Assembly (NCBI GenBank): GCA_964596545.1
Contig: CAZQUP010000004.1
Location: forward strand, 15,868-72,924
Source of the DNA: an uncultured Desulfatibacillum sp.
GTDB lineage: Bacteria; Desulfobacterota; Desulfobacteria; Desulfobacterales; SpSt-501
Length of the DNA stretch: 57,057 nt
Direction of reading: 5' to 3'
The translations under genes were made by a program, and so were the position numbers. Below the pieces are notes generated by a model. The model ran no database searches, was not told the DNA's origin, and saw only the letters and a list, made by a program, of their open reading frames with translations. Below, in pieces: positions 44,131-55,052 of the stretch; position 1 is the stretch's first letter, and every line of letters starts with the position of its first letter.

Positions 44131-44988
44131 ATGCTCGCCATCTCGGTCATGAACGGCTTGGTCATCGGCGTGATCTACGCGCTTGCGGCCCTGGGAGTTT
44201 CGCTCGTCGTCGGCATCATGAACGTGATCAATTTCGCCCACGGCGAACTCTACATTCTGGCGGGATACTTCAGCTTTCTCTTCGCCTCCACCCTCGGCAT
44301 GCCTTCCGCCCCGGCGATGGGGCTTGCGGTCGCCCTCGTATTTCTTTTCGGCCTTTTGATCGAGCGGCTGCTCATTCGCCCGACTTACGGCAACGACATG
44401 TACTCGCTGATCCTCACGTTCATCCTCTCGATCGTTTTGCAAAACGCCTTTCTCCTGATCTTCGGCCCCTACCCGAACAAGCCGCCTCTCTGGGTGCGGG
44501 GGGCGAGCGAGATCTTCGGGCTGTTTTCCTACGGCAACCAGCGGCTCGCCGCCCTGGGAAGCGGGGCGGCGCTGATCGCCCTCGTCTTTCTCGTCATTCA
44601 GAAAACCTGGTTCGGCCGCATCATCCGCGCGACCAGCCAGGACCGCGCGATGGCCGAGTGGAACGGGGTGAACACGACGCGCCTCAACATGCTGAGCTTC
44701 GGTCTGGGGTGCGCGCTCGCCGCCGCCGCCGGGGTGATCTTGAGCCCCGTTTTTCCCGTAACCCCCACGGCGGGGGTGCCGATCGCGCTCACCGCCTTCG
44801 TCGTCGTCGTCCTCGGGGGGATGGGCTCGATGTGGGGCTGCGTCGTGGGGGGGCTGCTCCTCGGACTGGTCGAAAACCTCGGCGCGGCGTTCATCTCTTC
44901 GGGCTACAAGAACGTCTTCGGCTTCATCATTCTCATCCTGGTGTTGCTCGTCCGGCCTTCCGGCCTCTTCGGCCGGGCGAAACTGTAA
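44131..44988 (+). CDS. livH: branched-chain amino acid ABC transporter permease
   Basis: 'GLVIGVIYALAALGVSLVVGIMNVINFAHGE' is the typical LivH N-terminus. Confidence 0.9.
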   Translation: MLAISVMNGLVIGVIYALAALGVSLVVGIMNVINFAHGELYILAGYFSFLFASTLGMPSAPAMGLAVALVFLFGLLIERLLIRPTYGNDMYSLILTFILSIVLQNAFLLIFGPYPNKPPLWVRGASEIFGLFSYGNQRLAALGSGAALIALVFLVIQKTWFGRIIRATSQDRAMAEWNGVNTTRLNMLSFGLGCALAAAAGVILSPVFPVTPTAGVPIALTAFVVVVLGGMGSMWGCVVGGLLLGLVENLGAAFISSGYKNVFGFIILILVLLVRPSGLFGRAKL

Positions 44989-45026
44989 ACGGCAGCGGAA
45001 CGGGTTCACCGGAACAGGATGCCGCC

Positions 45027-45947
45027 ATGACAACGTCCGTGAAATGGATCTGGCCCGCGGTGCTGGCGGGCATGTGCCTCTTGCCGCTGGGAGTCGGCAT
45101 CTACCCGCAGCATGTCCTGATCGTGAGCCTCTTCTATGTCATGATGGCCGCCAGCTGGAACCTGCTCGCGGGGTACACCGGCCAGGTTTCCTTCGGGCAT
45201 GCGGCCATGGCCGGAATCGGCGCCTACACCTCGGGCATTCTCGCCGCCCAGACGGGGCTGAACCCCTGGATGGGGATCGCCGCCGGCACGCTCCTCGCCG
45301 CGCTTCTCGGGCTCGGCCTCGGAGCGCTGTGCCTCAAGATGGGGGGCATTTACCTTTCGCTCACCACGCTCGCCTTCTCGCAGATCCTGCACATCATCAT
45401 CGTGAACGAATACGAAGTCACCCGCGGCACGATGGGTTTGCAGGTGCCCGGCCTCATCCCCGAGTACTCCAAGCTCGCCTATTACTATATCCTGCTCGCC
45501 GCCACCGTGCTCGTGCTCATCATCTTGTACCGCATGATCCATTCCAACCTCGGGTTGAATTTCCGCGCCGTGCAAAACGACGAAACGGCGGCGCGTGCGG
45601 TGGGCGTGCGGGTGCTGCACCTCCGGGTGCTCGCGTTCACGGCGGCGAGCGCCATCGCGGGTTTCGCCGGGAGCCTCTACGGCCACTACCTGCTGCTCGT
45701 CACCCCCGAGATCCCCTCGCTCGATCTCCAGTTTTACGTGCTCGCCATGACCGTGATCGGCGGCATGGGCTCGTTCGTCGGGCCGATCCTCGGGGCCTTT
45801 GCGATCAACATTCTCGCGGAAAAGATCCGCGATTACGGAGAGTACCACGTGCTGGTCTTTGGGCTGGTTGCGCTCGTCACGGCCCGGTTCGCTCCCGAAG
45901 GGTTGATCGGCGTGTGGCGCTCGCTTCGCCGCAGGTTCGCCCGCTGA
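45027..45947 (+). CDS. livM: branched-chain amino acid ABC transporter permease
   Basis: 'SWNLLAGYTGQVSFGHAA..GIGAY'. The start is at the internal ATG of track ORF 44658..45947. Confidence 0.9.
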   Translation: MTTSVKWIWPAVLAGMCLLPLGVGIYPQHVLIVSLFYVMMAASWNLLAGYTGQVSFGHAAMAGIGAYTSGILAAQTGLNPWMGIAAGTLLAALLGLGLGALCLKMGGIYLSLTTLAFSQILHIIIVNEYEVTRGTMGLQVPGLIPEYSKLAYYYILLAATVLVLIILYRMIHSNLGLNFRAVQNDETAARAVGVRVLHLRVLAFTAASAIAGFAGSLYGHYLLLVTPEIPSLDLQFYVLAMTVIGGMGSFVGPILGAFAINILAEKIRDYGEYHVLVFGLVALVTARFAPEGLIGVWRSLRRRFAR

Positions 45948-46000
45948 AGGGCCCGAACGCGCGGCGGGGACGGCAAGAGCACCGTCGAGAGGGAACAACG

Positions 46001-46717
46001 ATGCTTCTGGAAGGACGGAAGATTTCGAAACGCTTCGGGGGGGTCCAGGCGTTGAGCGAAGTGGACTTCCATGTGGAGGAGGGATCGATCACGGGGCTGA
46101 TCGGCCCGAACGGCGCCGGCAAAACCACCCTGTTCAGCATCGTCGCCGGCGCGCTCAAGCCCACTTCGGGGCGGAGCTTCTTCGAAGGCCAAGAGATCAC
46201 CGGGCTGCCGGCGGACCAGATCTGCCGCCGCGGGATCGCGCGCACCTTTCAGATCGTCCGGCCGTTTGCCTCGATGAGCTGCCTCGAAAACGTGCTGGTC
46301 GCGGCCGTCAACCGCCACCCCAAGCGGCCGCGCGCCGCGCTTGAGGCCGCCGCGCGCGATCTTCTCGGGCAGGTGGGGCTCGCCGATTTCGCCGACCAGG
46401 AGGCGCGGCACCTGAACGTCATTCAAAAGAAGCGCCTCGAGCTCGCCCGCGCGCTCGCCACCGAGCCGCGGCTGCTTCTGCTCGACGAGGTGCTGGGGGG
46501 ACTGAACACCCAGGAGATCCAGGAGGCGGTGGAAGACATCCGCGCGCTGCGCGACCGCCGGGGGATCACGATCCTGTGGATCGAGCACGTCATGGGCGCC
46601 ATCATGCAGGCCGCCGACCGCGTCATCGTGCTCGACCAAGGCCGGGTGTTGACCGCGGCTCCGCCGCGCGAGGTCGTAAGCGACCCGCGGGTCATCCAGG
46701 CCTACTTGGGGGAATGA
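46001..46717 (+). CDS. livG: branched-chain amino acid ABC transporter ATP-binding protein
   Basis: Walker A 'GPNGAGKTT', 'ARTFQ', and 'LLLDEV..GLN'. The start is at the internal ATG of track ORF 45044..46717. Confidence 0.92.
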   Translation: MLLEGRKISKRFGGVQALSEVDFHVEEGSITGLIGPNGAGKTTLFSIVAGALKPTSGRSFFEGQEITGLPADQICRRGIARTFQIVRPFASMSCLENVLVAAVNRHPKRPRAALEAAARDLLGQVGLADFADQEARHLNVIQKKRLELARALATEPRLLLLDEVLGGLNTQEIQEAVEDIRALRDRRGITILWIEHVMGAIMQAADRVIVLDQGRVLTAAPPREVVSDPRVIQAYLGE

Positions 46718-46721
46718 AAGG

Positions 46722-47432
46722 ATGAGCGCCTGTCTGGAAGTGGAACGTGTGGACGTCTTCCGCGGGGAAACCCGGATCCTCTGGGAAATCCGCCTTCGCC
46801 TCGAGGCCGGCGAGCGGGTCGCCATTCTGGGGAGCAACGGAGCGGGCAAATCGACCCTGATCGCCGCGATCACCGGGGCGCTGCCGTTCGCCTCCGGGGA
46901 CATCCGCTTCTTCGGGCGCAGCCTGCGCGGCCGGAAGGCCCACGAGGTGAGCGCGATGGGCATCGCGCTCGTTCCCGAAGGGCGCCGCGTCTACCGGGAC
47001 ATGACCGTCTTCGAAAACCTGGAAATGGGGGCCTACCCGAAGCCCGCACGCGGCCGCCTGCGCGCCACCCTCGAAGAGGTCTTCGCGCTCTTCCCCAAGC
47101 TCGCCGAGCGCCGCCATCAGCGCGCCGGCACCCTCTCGGGCGGGGAGCAGCAGATGCTCGCGATCGGCCGCGCGCTGATGGGCCGGCCCCGGCTGCTTCT
47201 CGTGGACGAGCTCTCCCTCGGGCTTGCCCCGCTGATCACGCGCACCATCTATCAGAGTCTCGCGGGGCTCGACCGCGAGCTCACCATCCTGCTCGTCGAG
47301 CAGAGCATCGAGCAGGCGCTCCATTTCTCACAGCGCGCCTACGTCCTCGAAAACGGCCGGATCGCGCGCAGCGGGCCGGCGGCGGAGCTGCTCGAGGACC
47401 CCGAGATCCGCCGCGCGTACCTCGGCCTGTAA
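46722..47432 (+). CDS. livF: branched-chain amino acid ABC transporter ATP-binding protein
   Basis: Walker A 'GSNGAGKST', signature 'LSGGEQQMLAIGRAL', Walker B 'LLLVDE'. Confidence 0.92.
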   Translation: MSACLEVERVDVFRGETRILWEIRLRLEAGERVAILGSNGAGKSTLIAAITGALPFASGDIRFFGRSLRGRKAHEVSAMGIALVPEGRRVYRDMTVFENLEMGAYPKPARGRLRATLEEVFALFPKLAERRHQRAGTLSGGEQQMLAIGRALMGRPRLLLVDELSLGLAPLITRTIYQSLAGLDRELTILLVEQSIEQALHFSQRAYVLENGRIARSGPAAELLEDPEIRRAYLGL

Positions 47433-47520
47433 ATCCGGTTCTTCGTCGGCGCCGTTGCCTCTCGGTCTCACCTGCGGATAGAATACGCACGGGCCCGTCG
47501 AGGGGCCCCGGGGAGGAGCC

Positions 47521-50223
47521 ATGGCCGAAAGCGGCCGCAACGAGGAAATCCTGCGGGAGCGCGCGCGCCAGCAGGAGGCGATCGCCCGACTGGGGCAGAA
47601 AGCGCTCGGGAAGACCGGCTTGCAGGAGTTGTTCGCCGATGCCGTAACGGTCGTCGGGCGCATTCTGGACGTCGATTGCTGCGAGGTGCTCGAACTTTTG
47701 CCCTCGCAGAACCGGCTCTGCATGCGCGCCGGCCTGCCCGGCGTCGAAGCCTGGATCGGAAAGCCGGTGATCGACACCGGGCGGGAGTCGCAGGCGGGCT
47801 ACACCCTGCAATGCCGCGGGCCCGTGGTCATGGCCGACATCGCGGCGGAGTCGCGCTTCACCCCCCATGCCCTCATGCACGCCCACGGCATCGTGAGCGG
47901 AATGAGCGTCGTGATCGAAGGCCGGGGACGTCCCTTCGGGGTGTTGAATGCGAGCAGTCGCCGCCGCCGCGAATTCTCGGAAACCGAAGTCCACTTTCTC
48001 ACCGCGGTCGCCAACGTACTCGCCTCGGCCGTCGAACGCCGCGAGGTCGAGGAAGACCTGCGCCACAGCCGGCAAGCGGCCCGCCGGGCGGCGCGGCGCC
48101 AGGCCGTGCTCGCGCGGATCGGCCGCGTCGTGGGTTCGACGCTGGCGATCGAGGACGTCTACGAGAATTTCGCTCGGCAGGTCGCCCGCATCCTCCCCTT
48201 CGACCGCATCACCCTGACGCGGATCCTTTGCGAGCCGGGGATCGTGGAAATTCTTTTTTCCGCAGGCCCGCCGGTCACCGAACGACGCCTGCGCCAGACC
48301 TATCCCCTGCAAGGGACGATCTCCGAGCGGCTCCTCGTCAGCCGCCGCGGGATCCGTTTCTGCCCGGGTTCGCTCACGGAGCTGCTGCGCCGCTACCCCG
48401 CCGTACGGCCGATGTGGGAGGCGGGGTTCCGCTCTTTCCTGCTGGCTCCCCTTTTCCACCGTGACGAGATCACCGGTGCGCTCGTTCTCTCCAGCCGCAA
48501 GCCCCGCGCCTACGGCCTCGAGGATCTGCGGACGGCGGAGCACGTCGCGCTCCAGGTGAGCGGCGCGGTCGCCAACGCGCTTTTGCACGCGGAGCTGCAG
48601 AAAACCGCGCTCGCCCTGGAGGACCGTGAAGCGGCGCTTCAGAGGATCCTGCGGGTCGCCCCGGTCGGCATCGGCGTGGTGAAGGACCGGATCCTCCTGC
48701 AGGCGAACGCCTGGATTGCGGAACTCCTCGGCATCCCCGGAGAGGAACTCCTCGGAGAAAGCTTCGGCCGCCTTTTCGAGAGCGCCGAGGAATTCGAGCA
48801 GATTTCCCGTGACGTCTACTGGTCGATCCGCGAGCGGGGCGGTGGCACGGTCGACGCCCGTTGGCGGCACCGCAACGGAACCCCCGTCGAGGTGCGCCTG
48901 AGCTTCACTCCCCTGGACGCCGCGGAGTGGAGCCGCGGGGTCATGTTCACCGCCTTGGACCTGACCGCCGCGCGGCGCGCCGAGTCCGAGAGGCTTCGCC
49001 TCGAAGCCCAGCTCCGCCAAGCCCAGAAGATGGAGGCCCTCGGGACCCTCGCGGGCGGCATCGCCCACGACTTCAACAACATCCTGGCCGCAATCCTCGG
49101 ATTTTCCGAGCTCGCCCGCATCGCCGCGGCGGAGGGCGAAGACGCCGGCCCTCACATCCTCGAGATTCTCCAGGCCTCTTACCGCGCCCGGGATCTCGTG
49201 CGTCAAATCCTGGCCTTCAGCCGACGCACCGAATCCGCCTTCGCTCCCGTGTCCCTCAAGCCGATCGCAAGCGAGGCCTTGAAGCTGCTCCGGGCCACGC
49301 TCCCCGCCACGATCCGCCTGAGCCTGCGGCTCGACGCGGAGGGGCGCATCCTCGGGGATCCGACCCAGATTCACCAGATGGTGATGAATCTGTGCACCAA
49401 CGCTTTTCAGGCCATGCAGGACGAGGGAGGGGAGCTGGAGGTCGCCCTGGACGAGGGGAACCCCGGCCCGGATGCCGCGGGGCGATGGGTGCGTCTGCGC
49501 GTGCGCGACACCGGGACGGGGATCGAGCCGTCGATCCTGAACCGCATTTTCGATCCCTACTTCACCACCAAGGAAACGGGGAAGGGAACCGGGCTGGGGC
49601 TCGCCGTGGTGCACGGGATCGTCAAACAACACCGCGGCCGGATCGAGGTGGCCAGCCGTCCCGGCGAAGGAGCGACCTTCGATGTCTATTTTCCGTTGCT
49701 TGCGGAAGAGCCCGGCGACCGGCCGTCAGGCGAGGTCGGCTCCGTGCCGACCGGAGGCGGCGAGCGCATTCTCGTGATCGACGACGAGCCCGCGCTCGTC
49801 GCCGTCGTGGAGGCCCTCCTCGGTGGGCTGAACTACCGCGTGATCGCCTCCTCGGACGCCTGCGCGGCGCTCGAGCTCTTCCGCTCCGATCCCCACGGCT
49901 TCGCGCTCGCGATCACCGACATGACCATGCCGCAGTTCACCGGCGACCGGATCGCCCGCGAGATGCTCCGGCTGCGCCCGGGGTTCCCCGTGCTCCTGTG
50001 CACCGGCTACAGCGAGCGCATCACCGAGGAGGGCGCCCGCCGCCTCGGGGCCGCCGGACTGCTGCTGAAGCCGTTTCTGCGCGAGGAACTCGCCCACGCC
50101 GTGCGCCGCGCGCTGGACGGGGCGAAACCGCCGGGGGCCGGGCTCCTTGACAGCCGCTCCGCACCGTGCAAAGGAGGGCCTCGGGTAGGCAGCGGACATC
50201 GTGGGTCAGATCGAAGTCCCTGA
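47521..50223 (+). CDS. hybrid sensor histidine kinase (GAF-GAF-PAS-HisKA-HATPase_c-REC)
   Basis: H-box 'IAHDFNNIL', '[38 protein letters not shown]', and receiver 'ILVIDDE....AITDMTMP....LLKP'. Confidence 0.9.
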   Translation: MAESGRNEEILRERARQQEAIARLGQKALGKTGLQELFADAVTVVGRILDVDCCEVLELLPSQNRLCMRAGLPGVEAWIGKPVIDTGRESQAGYTLQCRGPVVMADIAAESRFTPHALMHAHGIVSGMSVVIEGRGRPFGVLNASSRRRREFSETEVHFLTAVANVLASAVERREVEEDLRHSRQAARRAARRQAVLARIGRVVGSTLAIEDVYENFARQVARILPFDRITLTRILCEPGIVEILFSAGPPVTERRLRQTYPLQGTISERLLVSRRGIRFCPGSLTELLRRYPAVRPMWEAGFRSFLLAPLFHRDEITGALVLSSRKPRAYGLEDLRTAEHVALQVSGAVANALLHAELQKTALALEDREAALQRILRVAPVGIGVVKDRILLQANAWIAELLGIPGEELLGESFGRLFESAEEFEQISRDVYWSIRERGGGTVDARWRHRNGTPVEVRLSFTPLDAAEWSRGVMFTALDLTAARRAESERLRLEAQLRQAQKMEALGTLAGGIAHDFNNILAAILGFSELARIAAAEGEDAGPHILEILQASYRARDLVRQILAFSRRTESAFAPVSLKPIASEALKLLRATLPATIRLSLRLDAEGRILGDPTQIHQMVMNLCTNAFQAMQDEGGELEVALDEGNPGPDAAGRWVRLRVRDTGTGIEPSILNRIFDPYFTTKETGKGTGLGLAVVHGIVKQHRGRIEVASRPGEGATFDVYFPLLAEEPGDRPSGEVGSVPTGGGERILVIDDEPALVAVVEALLGGLNYRVIASSDACAALELFRSDPHGFALAITDMTMPQFTGDRIAREMLRLRPGFPVLLCTGYSERITEEGARRLGAAGLLLKPFLREELAHAVRRALDGAKPPGAGLLDSRSAPCKGGPRVGSGHRGSDRSP

Positions 50224-50291
50224 CATCCGGCATGCCCCGCACTTCGCCGGGCGCCGCGATCCTGTCCGACGCTTGAAGAAAGGATGATCCG

Positions 50292-50756
50292 ATGGCCACG
50301 CAAAAGATCCTCCTGCCGTACAACTTCACGCCGCTGGACGGCCGCGCATTGAAGTTCGTCGGTGAGGCCTTCGGCCACAACCCGGACGCCGAGGTCACCC
50401 TCTTCCACGTCTACACCCCCCCGCCGCGGGTGGAGACGATGGACAGTCTGGTCACGGGCAAGCTCAAGGGAAGCCTCGCCCAGATCTCGCAGCAGATCTC
50501 CCAGCTCGAATCGCGTCTCGAGGAAGTGCGGGGCATACTGGCGGAACGCGGCTTCGCCCCCGAACGGGTGAAAGTCGTCTTCGCGCCGCGCCGGAAGGAT
50601 GTCGCCGATGAAATCATCGAACAGGTCGCCCGCGGCCATTTCGATGTGGTCGTTCTGAACCGTCGGGCGGGAAGGGTCACCCGTTTTTTTTCCGGCAGCG
50701 TCTCCCAGAAAGTCCTGGCCACGCTAAGCGACACGACGGTGTGCGTCGTCTGCTGA
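50292..50756 (+). CDS. universal stress protein family
   Basis: 'KILLPYNFT..D..AL', 'DVVVLNRR...V.RFFSGSVSQKVL......TVCVV'. Confidence 0.75.
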   Translation: MATQKILLPYNFTPLDGRALKFVGEAFGHNPDAEVTLFHVYTPPPRVETMDSLVTGKLKGSLAQISQQISQLESRLEEVRGILAERGFAPERVKVVFAPRRKDVADEIIEQVARGHFDVVVLNRRAGRVTRFFSGSVSQKVLATLSDTTVCVVC

Positions 50757-50790
50757 CCCGAACGATCCGCCCGCAGGAGGAGGTTGTCGC

Positions 50791-51354
50791 ATGGAACGCC
50801 ACAGAAAAATCGACTTCGCCGTCTTCAAGCTGGTCTTCCGCGCCATGGCGGAATCGGACCACCTGGAGATCATGGCCAACCATTTCGCCCAGCTGCTGGT
50901 GGCCTCGCTCGAGATCAAGGGAAGCGCCGTCTTCGTCCTGAACCCGCAAGCCGGCGAGCTGGAACACCTGGCCAGCTTCGGGCTCAGCATGGATTACCTT
51001 CACAAGGGGCCGGTCAAACGCGACCGCAGCCTCGCCGAGAGCATCCTGGGCAAACCCACGGTCATCCGCGACACCCAACACACCGACCGCCTCCAGTACC
51101 CCGAGGACGCCAAGAAGGAAGGCATCCGCGCCATCGTCTCCATCCCCATCCTTTTCGCCGGCAAGGTGATTGGGGCCTTGCGCCTCTACCACCGCGACGT
51201 CTGGGACATCCCCGAGGAGGATCTGGACTCGCTGATGGTGCTCGCCGAGGCTTTCGGGCTCGCCATGACCTACACACGGACCGCGAGCGCCATCAAGAAC
51301 ATCCGCCAGACCATCCTCGACCTGCACCAGGTCTGGACGATGGAGGGAGACTGA
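50791..51354 (+). CDS. GAF-domain protein
   Basis: 187 aa. 'IRAIVSIPILFAGKVIGALRLY' is a typical GAF beta-strand pair. No output domain is present. Confidence 0.7.
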   Translation: MERHRKIDFAVFKLVFRAMAESDHLEIMANHFAQLLVASLEIKGSAVFVLNPQAGELEHLASFGLSMDYLHKGPVKRDRSLAESILGKPTVIRDTQHTDRLQYPEDAKKEGIRAIVSIPILFAGKVIGALRLYHRDVWDIPEEDLDSLMVLAEAFGLAMTYTRTASAIKNIRQTILDLHQVWTMEGD

Positions 51355-51382
51355 GGCCCCGGGCCGCCGGCGCCGCCGACAT

Positions 51383-51412
51383 TTGACACGCCGCGGCGAA
51401 ATGCATTAGAAA
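51383..51412 (+). promoter_or_regulatory. candidate promoter TTGACA-N18-TAGAAA for the rnf operon
   Basis: Perfect -35 hexamer and 4/6 match at -10, positioned 58 nt upstream of the rnfC ATG. Confidence 0.3.
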
Positions 51413-51469
51413 GCTCTCTTTTTCCATCCATCTCCGGCGCCGCAATGCCGGGGGGCAACCGCCGCAAGG

Positions 51470-52762
51470 ATGATTCCTATGGCTCCATCCCGAATGCGCG
51501 GTGGAATCGCGCTGCCGCTCGCCGTGGGGGGCTTCGCACGCCCCTTCGAAGCCCTCTCCCTGCCCTCCCGGCTGATCCTGCCCCTGATCCAGGACGAAGG
51601 AGGTCTTCTCGAAGCGAGAGTCAAGAAAAACGAAGTGGTCCAGGCCGGGCAGCTCATCGCCGAGAACCCCCACCCGCACAGGGCCTCGCTCCACGCTCCG
51701 ACCGCGGGGAAAGTGGTGGAGATCCTCTCTTCCTTTCGCGACATCTTGGGCCGCCTCGTTCCGGCCGTCGTGATCGAGCCCGAAGGCTCCCCGGAAAGGG
51801 CCGACTTTCCCTCGCTCGAGGCCGACCCGGCTTCGCTGCCCGCGGTCTTGGGCATCGTCGACTTCGACCGCCGGACCCAGCCGCTCGCCGCCAAACTGAA
51901 AGACGCCGCGGGCCGGCAGATCGAAACTCTGATCGTGAACGCGCTCGACCAGGAGCCCTTCCTCTGCAGCCGAGGCCGATTGATTCAAGAAGAGGGGGAG
52001 GCGCTTTTGCAGGGGATCGCGTCGTTGCAAAGGATGCTTTCCCCCGCGAAGACCGTCGTCGTCGTCGAATCGCGCGTCCCGGCCGTGCGTCGGGCGGCGG
52101 CGGCGCTCGCCGGGGGCACGACCCACGTCTTCCCGCTCGCGAACCGCTACCCTCAGGCGGCCGCTCGGATGCTCGCCCGCGCCGTGCTCGGGGCGGAGAT
52201 CCCCTACACCGCGGGGGTCACCGTGGCCGACGTCGGCGGCCTGATCGTGGATGTCGAGGCGGTCGCGGCGCTGGGCCGCGGCCGGCCGTTGACGGAGCGC
52301 TTTCTCACCGTGAGCGGGGGCCGTGGAACCCTTCACAACGTCCGGGTCGCTCTCGGGACCCCGATCGGCCACGTCCTCGAACGCTGCGGCATCGCTCCCT
52401 CGGCGGGGGGGAAGATCATCGCCGGCGGGCCCATGAGCGGGCCGGCGGCCGCCGACCCCGGTCTGCCGGTCACCAAAGAGACGGCCGGCATCTTCGTCCA
52501 GGGCCCCGCCGAGGTGAACCGGCCCGCGGAAGCCGTTTGCATCAAGTGCGGACTCTGCGTCGAGAAGTGCCCCATGCGGCTGATGCCTTTTCTGATCGCG
52601 GGCTTCTCCGAAAAATGCCGCTTCGCCGAAGCCGAGCGCTACGACCTCTTCGCCTGCATCGAGTGCGGTTGCTGTGCCTACCTCTGCCCGGTCGGCCTCC
52701 CGCTTCTGCAGTTCATCCGCTTCGGCAAGCAGCAGATTCTCGGCCTGAGGAAAGGCGCATGA
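51470..52762 (+). CDS. rnfC: Rnf complex subunit C
   Basis: 'CIKCGLCVEKCP' and 'CIECGCCAYLCP' with an upstream NADH/FMN-binding-type region. First gene of an rnfCDGEAB-order cluster. Confidence 0.9.
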   Translation: MIPMAPSRMRGGIALPLAVGGFARPFEALSLPSRLILPLIQDEGGLLEARVKKNEVVQAGQLIAENPHPHRASLHAPTAGKVVEILSSFRDILGRLVPAVVIEPEGSPERADFPSLEADPASLPAVLGIVDFDRRTQPLAAKLKDAAGRQIETLIVNALDQEPFLCSRGRLIQEEGEALLQGIASLQRMLSPAKTVVVVESRVPAVRRAAAALAGGTTHVFPLANRYPQAAARMLARAVLGAEIPYTAGVTVADVGGLIVDVEAVAALGRGRPLTERFLTVSGGRGTLHNVRVALGTPIGHVLERCGIAPSAGGKIIAGGPMSGPAAADPGLPVTKETAGIFVQGPAEVNRPAEAVCIKCGLCVEKCPMRLMPFLIAGFSEKCRFAEAERYDLFACIECGCCAYLCPVGLPLLQFIRFGKQQILGLRKGA

Positions 52763-53760
52763 ACGCTCCCGAATTCGTCGTCTCCGCCCCGCCGCACGTC
52801 CACAGCGCCTATTCCGTGCGGCGCCTGATGCTCGCCCTGTTCACCTCGCTGCTCCCGGTCCTCGCCGCCGCGTTTTGGGCCTTCGGTCTCGATGCGCTGC
52901 GGGTGGCGGGGATCGCCGTCGTCACCGCAGGAGCGTGGGATCTCCTGCTGCAGCGGGTTTTCGGCAAGCCGCTCTCCCTCACCGACGGCAGCGCCGCCGC
53001 CTACGGGCTGCTTTTCGCCATGCTCCTTCCCGCGACGGCGCCCTGGTGGCTCATCGCCGTGGGGACCCTCGTTCTTTTGCTCCTCGGCAAGCACGTCTAC
53101 GGCGGGCTCGGATGCAATCCCTTCAACGGCATCCTGATCGCCTATGCCGCCTTGATGCTCTCCTACCCGGGGCTCATGCAGGACTTTCCCGCCCCCACGG
53201 CCGAAGACATCATGACCGAGTCGGCGCCCCTCGTGGAACTCAAGGACAAGGGCCCGGAGGACGCCGCAGAAGCCTTCCCGCCGGCGGAACTCTTCTTCGG
53301 CTCCCGCAAGGTGACCGGCGCGCTCGGGGAAATCTCCCCGCTCGCGGTGCTGGCGGGCGGGATCTTTCTCATCGCCACGCGGACGATCCCCTGGATCATT
53401 CCGGCCGCCTTTTTCGCCGGGCTGGCCGCTCTCGCGGGCCTGTTCCGGTTCCTCGACCCCGAAACCTACGCCTCCCCGCTGTTTCATCTCCTGGCGGGGG
53501 GCGCTTTTCTGGGGGCGTTCATGATCGCCCCGGACTGGCCGACCTCGCCGGTGACGCGGGCGGGGATGATCTGCTACGGGCTTCTCGCCGGGGCGTTGAC
53601 CTTCGCCATCCGTGCCTGGTCGCAGTGGCCCGAGGGGGCCTACTTCGGCGTGTTCCTCGCCAGCCTGGCGACCCCCCTCTTCGACCGCCTGCGCCCGGCC
53701 GTCTTCGGCGCGCGCTTCACCCGCCGGCGGCCGGTGCGCCACCGGCCCGCCGGGGTTTGA
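52759..53760 (+). CDS. rnfD: Rnf complex subunit D
   Basis: 'VSAPPHVHS', a polytopic membrane protein. Its ATG overlaps the rnfC stop (ATGA). It is the 3' part of shadow ORF 51445..53760. Confidence 0.9.
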   Translation: MNAPEFVVSAPPHVHSAYSVRRLMLALFTSLLPVLAAAFWAFGLDALRVAGIAVVTAGAWDLLLQRVFGKPLSLTDGSAAAYGLLFAMLLPATAPWWLIAVGTLVLLLLGKHVYGGLGCNPFNGILIAYAALMLSYPGLMQDFPAPTAEDIMTESAPLVELKDKGPEDAAEAFPPAELFFGSRKVTGALGEISPLAVLAGGIFLIATRTIPWIIPAAFFAGLAALAGLFRFLDPETYASPLFHLLAGGAFLGAFMIAPDWPTSPVTRAGMICYGLLAGALTFAIRAWSQWPEGAYFGVFLASLATPLFDRLRPAVFGARFTRRRPVRHRPAGV

Positions 53761-53814
53761 GGGCGGGGGGCTCCGCCGGAGATCGCCTAAACCCCAGCCG
53801 GAGGAAACGTTCCC

Positions 53815-54411
53815 GTGACGTTGCGCGAAATGATCCGCATGATCGTGGTCCTGACCTGCGTGACCGTGGTCTGTGCCGGCAGCCTGGCCGCTGTGCGCCT
53901 GGTCACCCGGGAGCAGATCGACTACCAGCAGATCAAGTTCATCAAGGAGCCGGCCCTCAAGAAGATCCTCACCGATTACGAAAACGATCCCGTGGCCGAC
54001 CGCATCCAGATCGCAACCGGCAAGGACGCCCGCGGCCGCCCGGTGTACACGACCCTGTTTCCGGCGAAGAAAGGGGGGGCGGTGGTCACGGTGGTCCTCG
54101 AGGCGAGTGCCCCCGGTTACGGCGGTCCGATCGGGGTCATGGTGGCGATCGACCCGAAAAACGATCGGCTGCAGGGCATCGCCGTCACCACCCAGTCGGA
54201 GACGCCGGGCCTCGGAACCAAGATCATCGATGATCCTTCCTTCGGTGCCCAGTTCGCCGGCAAACCCCTCGGCGCCAACTTCCAACTCGCCTCGGCCGGC
54301 GGAGACATCCAGGCCATCTCCGGGGCCACGGTATCGTCCAACGGCGTAAGCCAGGCCGTCATCCGCGCCGTGGGACTCTACCAGAGCGTCAAACCGGAAC
54401 TGAAATTCTAA
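53815..54411 (+). CDS. rnfG: Rnf complex subunit G (FMN-binding)
   Basis: N-terminal TM segment, 'ETPGLG', and flavinylation motif 'ISGATVSS'. GTG start after GGAGGA. Confidence 0.9.
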   Translation: MTLREMIRMIVVLTCVTVVCAGSLAAVRLVTREQIDYQQIKFIKEPALKKILTDYENDPVADRIQIATGKDARGRPVYTTLFPAKKGGAVVTVVLEASAPGYGGPIGVMVAIDPKNDRLQGIAVTTQSETPGLGTKIIDDPSFGAQFAGKPLGANFQLASAGGDIQAISGATVSSNGVSQAVIRAVGLYQSVKPELKF

Positions 54412-54430
54412 CCGGAGATCCGGAGGCCCT

Positions 54431-55042
54431 ATGGCTGCACGCATCGTCCAGGAGTTCACCAAGGGGTTCTGGAAGGAAATCGCCCCGTTGCGTTTCGCCC
54501 TGGGCATCTGCCCGGCGCTTGCCGTCTCCACCAAGGTGGAAAGCGCTCTGGGGATGGGCTTCGCGGTGGTCTTCGTCCTCTGCCTGAGCAACGGCCTTAT
54601 CTCGCTCGTTCGCCACATCGTCCCCGACAAGGTGCGGATCGCGGTCTTCATCAGCATCATCGCCACCGCGGTGGTGATCGTGGAACTCGTGATGCAGGCT
54701 TACTTCTACCCGCTCTTTCTCGTGCTCGGCATCTGGATCCCGCTCATCGTGGTGAACTGCATCGTGCTCGGCCGGGCCGAGGCCTTCGCCCGCAAGAACC
54801 CCATCGGTCTTTCGCTCTCCGACGGATTGGGGATGGGATTGGGCTTCACGCTTTCGCTGGTGGTCATCGCCAGCATCCGCGAAGTTCTGGGGAGCGGAAC
54901 CTGGCTGGGAATCCCGGTGTTCCCCGCCGGCTACCCGGGATTCGGGTTTCTTCTGCGGCCGCCGGGGGCCTTCGTGATTTTCGGGCTGCTGCTCGCTTCG
55001 ATGAACGTCATCTCCCGCCGGATCGAAAAACAAAACGCCTGA
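54431..55042 (+). CDS. rnfE: Rnf complex subunit E
   Basis: 'LGICPALAVST' and 'IPLIVVNCIVLGRAEAFA'. Confidence 0.92.
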   Translation: MAARIVQEFTKGFWKEIAPLRFALGICPALAVSTKVESALGMGFAVVFVLCLSNGLISLVRHIVPDKVRIAVFISIIATAVVIVELVMQAYFYPLFLVLGIWIPLIVVNCIVLGRAEAFARKNPIGLSLSDGLGMGLGFTLSLVVIASIREVLGSGTWLGIPVFPAGYPGFGFLLRPPGAFVIFGLLLASMNVISRRIEKQNA

Positions 55043-55052
55043 GGGTGTCGCC

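Noticed and set aside
51445-52758. 5' two-thirds of the 771-aa track ORF 51445..53760.
   Set aside because: It is out of frame with the well-supported rnfC. Only the part from ATG 52759 onward (rnfD) is real.
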